This document shows positions 27,209 to 29,591 of a stretch of DNA of 29,591 nt, in pieces. Under the pieces are notes generated by a model. It saw nothing but the letters and a program-made list of their open reading frames with translations. It was not told the DNA's origin and ran no database searches. This stretch comes from a virus (taxonomy: Duplodnaviria; Caudoviricetes). The DNA lies in IMG/VR virus record IMGVR_UViG_3300005664_000043, positions 1-29,591 of that record. The stretch is one strand, 5' to 3'. Position 1 is the stretch's first letter. The number at the start of each line of letters is the position of its first letter. The translations under genes and the position numbers were made by a program.

Positions 27209-27600
27209 ACTCAATAAAATTAGTAATATACGGGCAATCTTATTCCAAATCTAATAGTAGAATATTCAGTTACAGGAATGGTAAACCACTATTATTTAAG
27301 AACCAAAAAGTTGCGAAGTATGTGGAAGACGCTAGACAGCAACTTATACCACAGCTTAAGACACATAGGGTATATCTGGGCTCTGTAAAACTAAAAGCTG
27401 ATATATATTACAAAACAAAACTTTCGGACCTAGATATATCCCTTGTGCAAGATATTTTACAGCAAGAAGTAGACAAAAGATACAATATAGTATTATTTAG
27501 AGGTGTCTATAAAAACGATAGACAGATAATGGAATTACATTTAAGAAAGTTTCATGATAAAGAAAATCCACGGGTAGAAATAGAAGTATCAGAATTATGA
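27205..27600 (+). CDS. rusA: RusA-family Holliday junction resolvase
   Basis: SKSN, DLD..LVQDIL, YKNDRQI, DKENPRVEIEV motifs. Confidence 0.8.
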   Translation: MNSIKLVIYGQSYSKSNSRIFSYRNGKPLLFKNQKVAKYVEDARQQLIPQLKTHRVYLGSVKLKADIYYKTKLSDLDISLVQDILQQEVDKRYNIVLFRGVYKNDRQIMELHLRKFHDKENPRVEIEVSEL

Positions 27601-27604
27601 CAAC

Positions 27605-27665
27605 AAAAAAAATCAAGCGGAGTTGAAAGGATACACAATAGATAGAGTATTCCTCCGCTTGATAT
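27605..27665 (-). ncRNA. Putative ~60-nt hairpin sRNA with anti-SD loop
   Basis: Minus-strand promoter directly upstream; 11-bp stem ATCAAGCGGAG/CTCCGCTTGAT, 30-nt loop and poly-U tail; the loop carries UGUGUAUCCUUUCA. Confidence 0.6.
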
Positions 27666-27671
27666 TTGATT

Positions 27672-27700
27672 ATTATAAAAAAATTAATAGTATTTGTACA
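27672..27700 (-). promoter_or_regulatory. Leftward promoter TGTACA-17-TATAAT
   Basis: The plus strand reads ATTATA(27672-77)-17nt-TGTACA(27695-700). Confidence 0.7.
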
Positions 27701-27816
27701 TTTAACCATAACAACATAAAAATACAAAAAACATGAAAAAATGTAAAAAAATATATATTTTTATGGTATAAACCATATAAAATGCAATAAAAACCATAAA
27801 AAAGTTAAAAAAAGTA

Positions 27817-27845
27817 TTTACTTTTCTGAAATTACAGTTAATAAT
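27817..27845 (+). promoter_or_regulatory. Rightward promoter TTTACT-17-AATAAT with upstream A-tracts
   Basis: 17-nt spacer; shares ATAATTAAAATGTAATT with the 24981 promoter. Confidence 0.55.
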
Positions 27846-27875
27846 TAAAATGTAATTAAACGAAAGGATTACACG

Positions 27876-28094
27876 ATGAAAGAATTTACCATAGGAGAAG
27901 ATACAACAATTAGTTTCGAGGAATGGGGTATTATCATAAATCAAAAAGATTACAATGGTAGTATGAAAAGAATTACATTCACAAACTTTAGTTCTATTGA
28001 ACTATCAAAAATAATAAATGATAAAAAAGAAGTAAAAGAAATTAAGAGATTAAATAAATTACTTACTAAGTTAAAAAAATCTCGAAAGGTATAA
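27876..28094 (+). CDS. Hypothetical protein
   Basis: GAAAGGA SD; first gene after the promoter. Confidence 0.65.
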   Translation: MKEFTIGEDTTISFEEWGIIINQKDYNGSMKRITFTNFSSIELSKIINDKKEVKEIKRLNKLLTKLKKSRKV

Positions 28095-28096
28095 CA

Positions 28097-28444
28097 ATGA
28101 AAAATATTGATGGTGTTAAAGAGTATAAACATGGTTCTTTTGGAAAATACTTTGCGACATATATACAACCAAGAGTAACAGAGCTCAATGAATTAATGGC
28201 ACAACGTTCTGGTAAAACTACAAAAATTAAAGTCACATTTCTTACGAGTGATAATGATATTACTGTACAAGAACTTGATAAAGATGGTGATTTATTAGAA
28301 TGCAATCATAGTGGATATGAAACAGAAAAACAAGAAGGAAGTTATATGAATGGAGATGAACTCATAGAGTTTTCGACAGACAATGATGTATATTATTGTG
28401 ATAAATGTAATAAGTCAAGTGTAGACTTGAAAGAATGGAGTTAA
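28097..28444 (+). CDS. Hypothetical protein with C-terminal CxH...CxxC
   Basis: AAGG SD; ECNH and YCDKC. Confidence 0.65.
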   Translation: MKNIDGVKEYKHGSFGKYFATYIQPRVTELNELMAQRSGKTTKIKVTFLTSDNDITVQELDKDGDLLECNHSGYETEKQEGSYMNGDELIEFSTDNDVYYCDKCNKSSVDLKEWS

Positions 28445-28448
28445 TATC

Positions 28449-28544
28449 ATGGTACAAGATGATTTTGATGATGTATTTGTAAAAAGTGATTATCACTTTA
28501 TGAAAGCAATGAAATTGTATGCAAAAGAATATGATATACATTAA
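28449..28544 (+). CDS. Small hypothetical protein (31 aa)
   Basis: GGAG SD; MVQDDFDDVFVKSDYHFMKAMKLYAKEYDIH fills the gap. Confidence 0.5.
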   Translation: MVQDDFDDVFVKSDYHFMKAMKLYAKEYDIH

Positions 28545-28554
28545 GGAGAAAATT

Positions 28555-28713
28555 ATGTCAAAAGAAGTACAAGAATATTTGAATAGTAGCACTCAGTTTG
28601 AACTATTAATGAACATTATTGCAGATGATTATAATGTAGATTTTTCTGAGTTAAGTGAATTATCTGTTAATGCGTTAAACCAAGTGATTAATAATATGAA
28701 AGGAAATAACTAA
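28555..28713 (+). CDS. Small hypothetical protein (52 aa)
   Basis: AAGGAG SD before ATG 28555. Confidence 0.6.
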   Translation: MSKEVQEYLNSSTQFELLMNIIADDYNVDFSELSELSVNALNQVINNMKGNN

Positions 28714-29369
28714 TGGCAAATGTAGATAAAGAAATTAAGAAACTTGAACTTGAGTTAAATCAAGTGACGAGAACAAAATCAATACTTAATCAAAATCAAA
28801 TTCAAAAATTGTGGAACAGCACTAATAAGAAATATAAATATAATAGACCAGCAAAGGGTGGTGGCGAATGGACATTTGTTAAGGGAAGTTATGTTCGTAA
28901 AGTTTTGGACAGTGTGTTTGGTTTTAACTGGGACTTTGATATAGAGACAAGTGTTGAAGAAGCTTTTAACGTAGCATCAAAGACTGGTGTTATAACAGTA
29001 AAAGGTGTATTAGTGTGCCGTGTTAAGGATGAAGAAGGAAATGTTACACCAATCAGGAAAGTACAGTTTGGTAGAGCCGAAGTTAAATGGTTAACTGAGG
29101 GTAAGTATCCAAATAAGAAACGTAAGATTGATGAATACACTGGACTTCCAGTGCCATTAGATTTTGGTAATGATTTAAAAGCTGCAGCAACTGATGCATT
29201 TAAGAAATGTGCAAGTCTATTAGGTGTTGCTAGTGATGTATATGAATCAGATGAATTTATGGAAATTACAATTGTTGATTCATATGAAGACAAAGAAAAA
29301 GGTGTAAAACGATTAATAGAAAAAAATAAAGAGTCAATTGACTCAGAAGCAGAGGTTGTAAATGAATAA
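28713..29369 (+). CDS. Rad52/Rad22-family (Sak-like) single-strand annealing protein
   Basis: RPAKGGGEWTFV, LDSVFGFNW, KAAATDAFKKCASLLGVASDVY motifs. Confidence 0.85.
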   Translation: MANVDKEIKKLELELNQVTRTKSILNQNQIQKLWNSTNKKYKYNRPAKGGGEWTFVKGSYVRKVLDSVFGFNWDFDIETSVEEAFNVASKTGVITVKGVLVCRVKDEEGNVTPIRKVQFGRAEVKWLTEGKYPNKKRKIDEYTGLPVPLDFGNDLKAAATDAFKKCASLLGVASDVYESDEFMEITIVDSYEDKEKGVKRLIEKNKESIDSEAEVVNE

Positions 29370-29591
29370 TCAAATTGATATAGAATTACATATTGATATA
29401 GAAAGCCTAAGAGAGACCATAGAGAGTGCTCTTGATTTGAACGATAATCAACTTTTGTTTGAAAAGTTAATAGAATTTGAAAGTGCAAAGAAAAAAATCA
29501 ATGAAGCACTTGACTTAATAAAATCAATTGAGGCAGATGCCAAAGGTTTGATATTAAGCAAAGCAAATGCTCTGTATACAGATAAATGGGA
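29362..29591 (+). CDS. Hypothetical protein, truncated by the window end
   Basis: GAGG SD, ATG 29362, frame open to the end (MNNQIDIELHIDIESLRE...). Confidence 0.6.
   Translation, partial: MNNQIDIELHIDIESLRETIESALDLNDNQLLFEKLIEFESAKKKINEALDLIKSIEADAKGLILSKANALYTDKW

Noticed and set aside
27638-27736. Plus-strand 32-codon ORF starting at ATA after GAAAGGA (type I toxin under the sRNA)
   Set aside because: Non-standard start, no clear hydrophobic helix, and it runs through promoter/A-tract DNA; less parsimonious than a trans-acting sRNA, though not excluded.
675-29488. Minus-strand ORFs in the track (e.g. 7233-7901, 13628-14182, 22781-23344, 28889-29488)
   Set aside because: All are shadows of well-supported plus-strand genes and show no recognisable motifs.
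1-29591. Genome-wide stop-codon reassignment (TGA or TAG)
   Set aside because: Long genes are intact in code 11; TGA ends many genes in ATGA overlaps and TAG ends several at sensible boundaries; the 24268 case is isolated.
1-29591. Host assignment (e.g. Patescibacteria/Saccharibacteria or a Gram-positive host)
   Set aside because: The style of the small genes, SLT and lysin is suggestive only; it needs homology or CRISPR-spacer matches that I cannot run.

Overview
The window is a co-directional (+ strand), AT-rich stretch of a tailed dsDNA phage genome (siphovirus-like, HK97-fold), read in standard code 11. It opens with a head-accessory region: a tandem ADP-ribosyltransferase protein, MuF/gp7, a Com-like zinc protein and a large beta-helix fibre. 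Next come a fused prohead protease-major capsid gene, neck and tail genes, a free-standing GIY-YIG endonuclease, tape measure, and Dit and Tal/hub genes with inserted domains. Four small putative receptor-binding genes follow; they share a ~20-aa N-terminal peptide and are interrupted by an HNH gene. After them lie a lysis cassette, a GC-richer cluster of small unknown ORFs, a membrane-anchored lytic transglycosylase, a replication initiator carrying iterons, RusA and a Rad52/Sak-like annealing protein. The most unusual non-coding signal is in the early region. Five promoters share a T(G/T)TAC(A/T)-17-(T/A)ATAAT pattern, and two of them would start exactly at small hairpin RNAs whose loops are complementary to the 5' leaders of other phage transcripts, suggesting an antisense-RNA control circuit. 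No integrase, repressor, terminase or portal is visible, so lifestyle and host cannot be fixed. All protein calls come from motif recognition by eye, not database searches.
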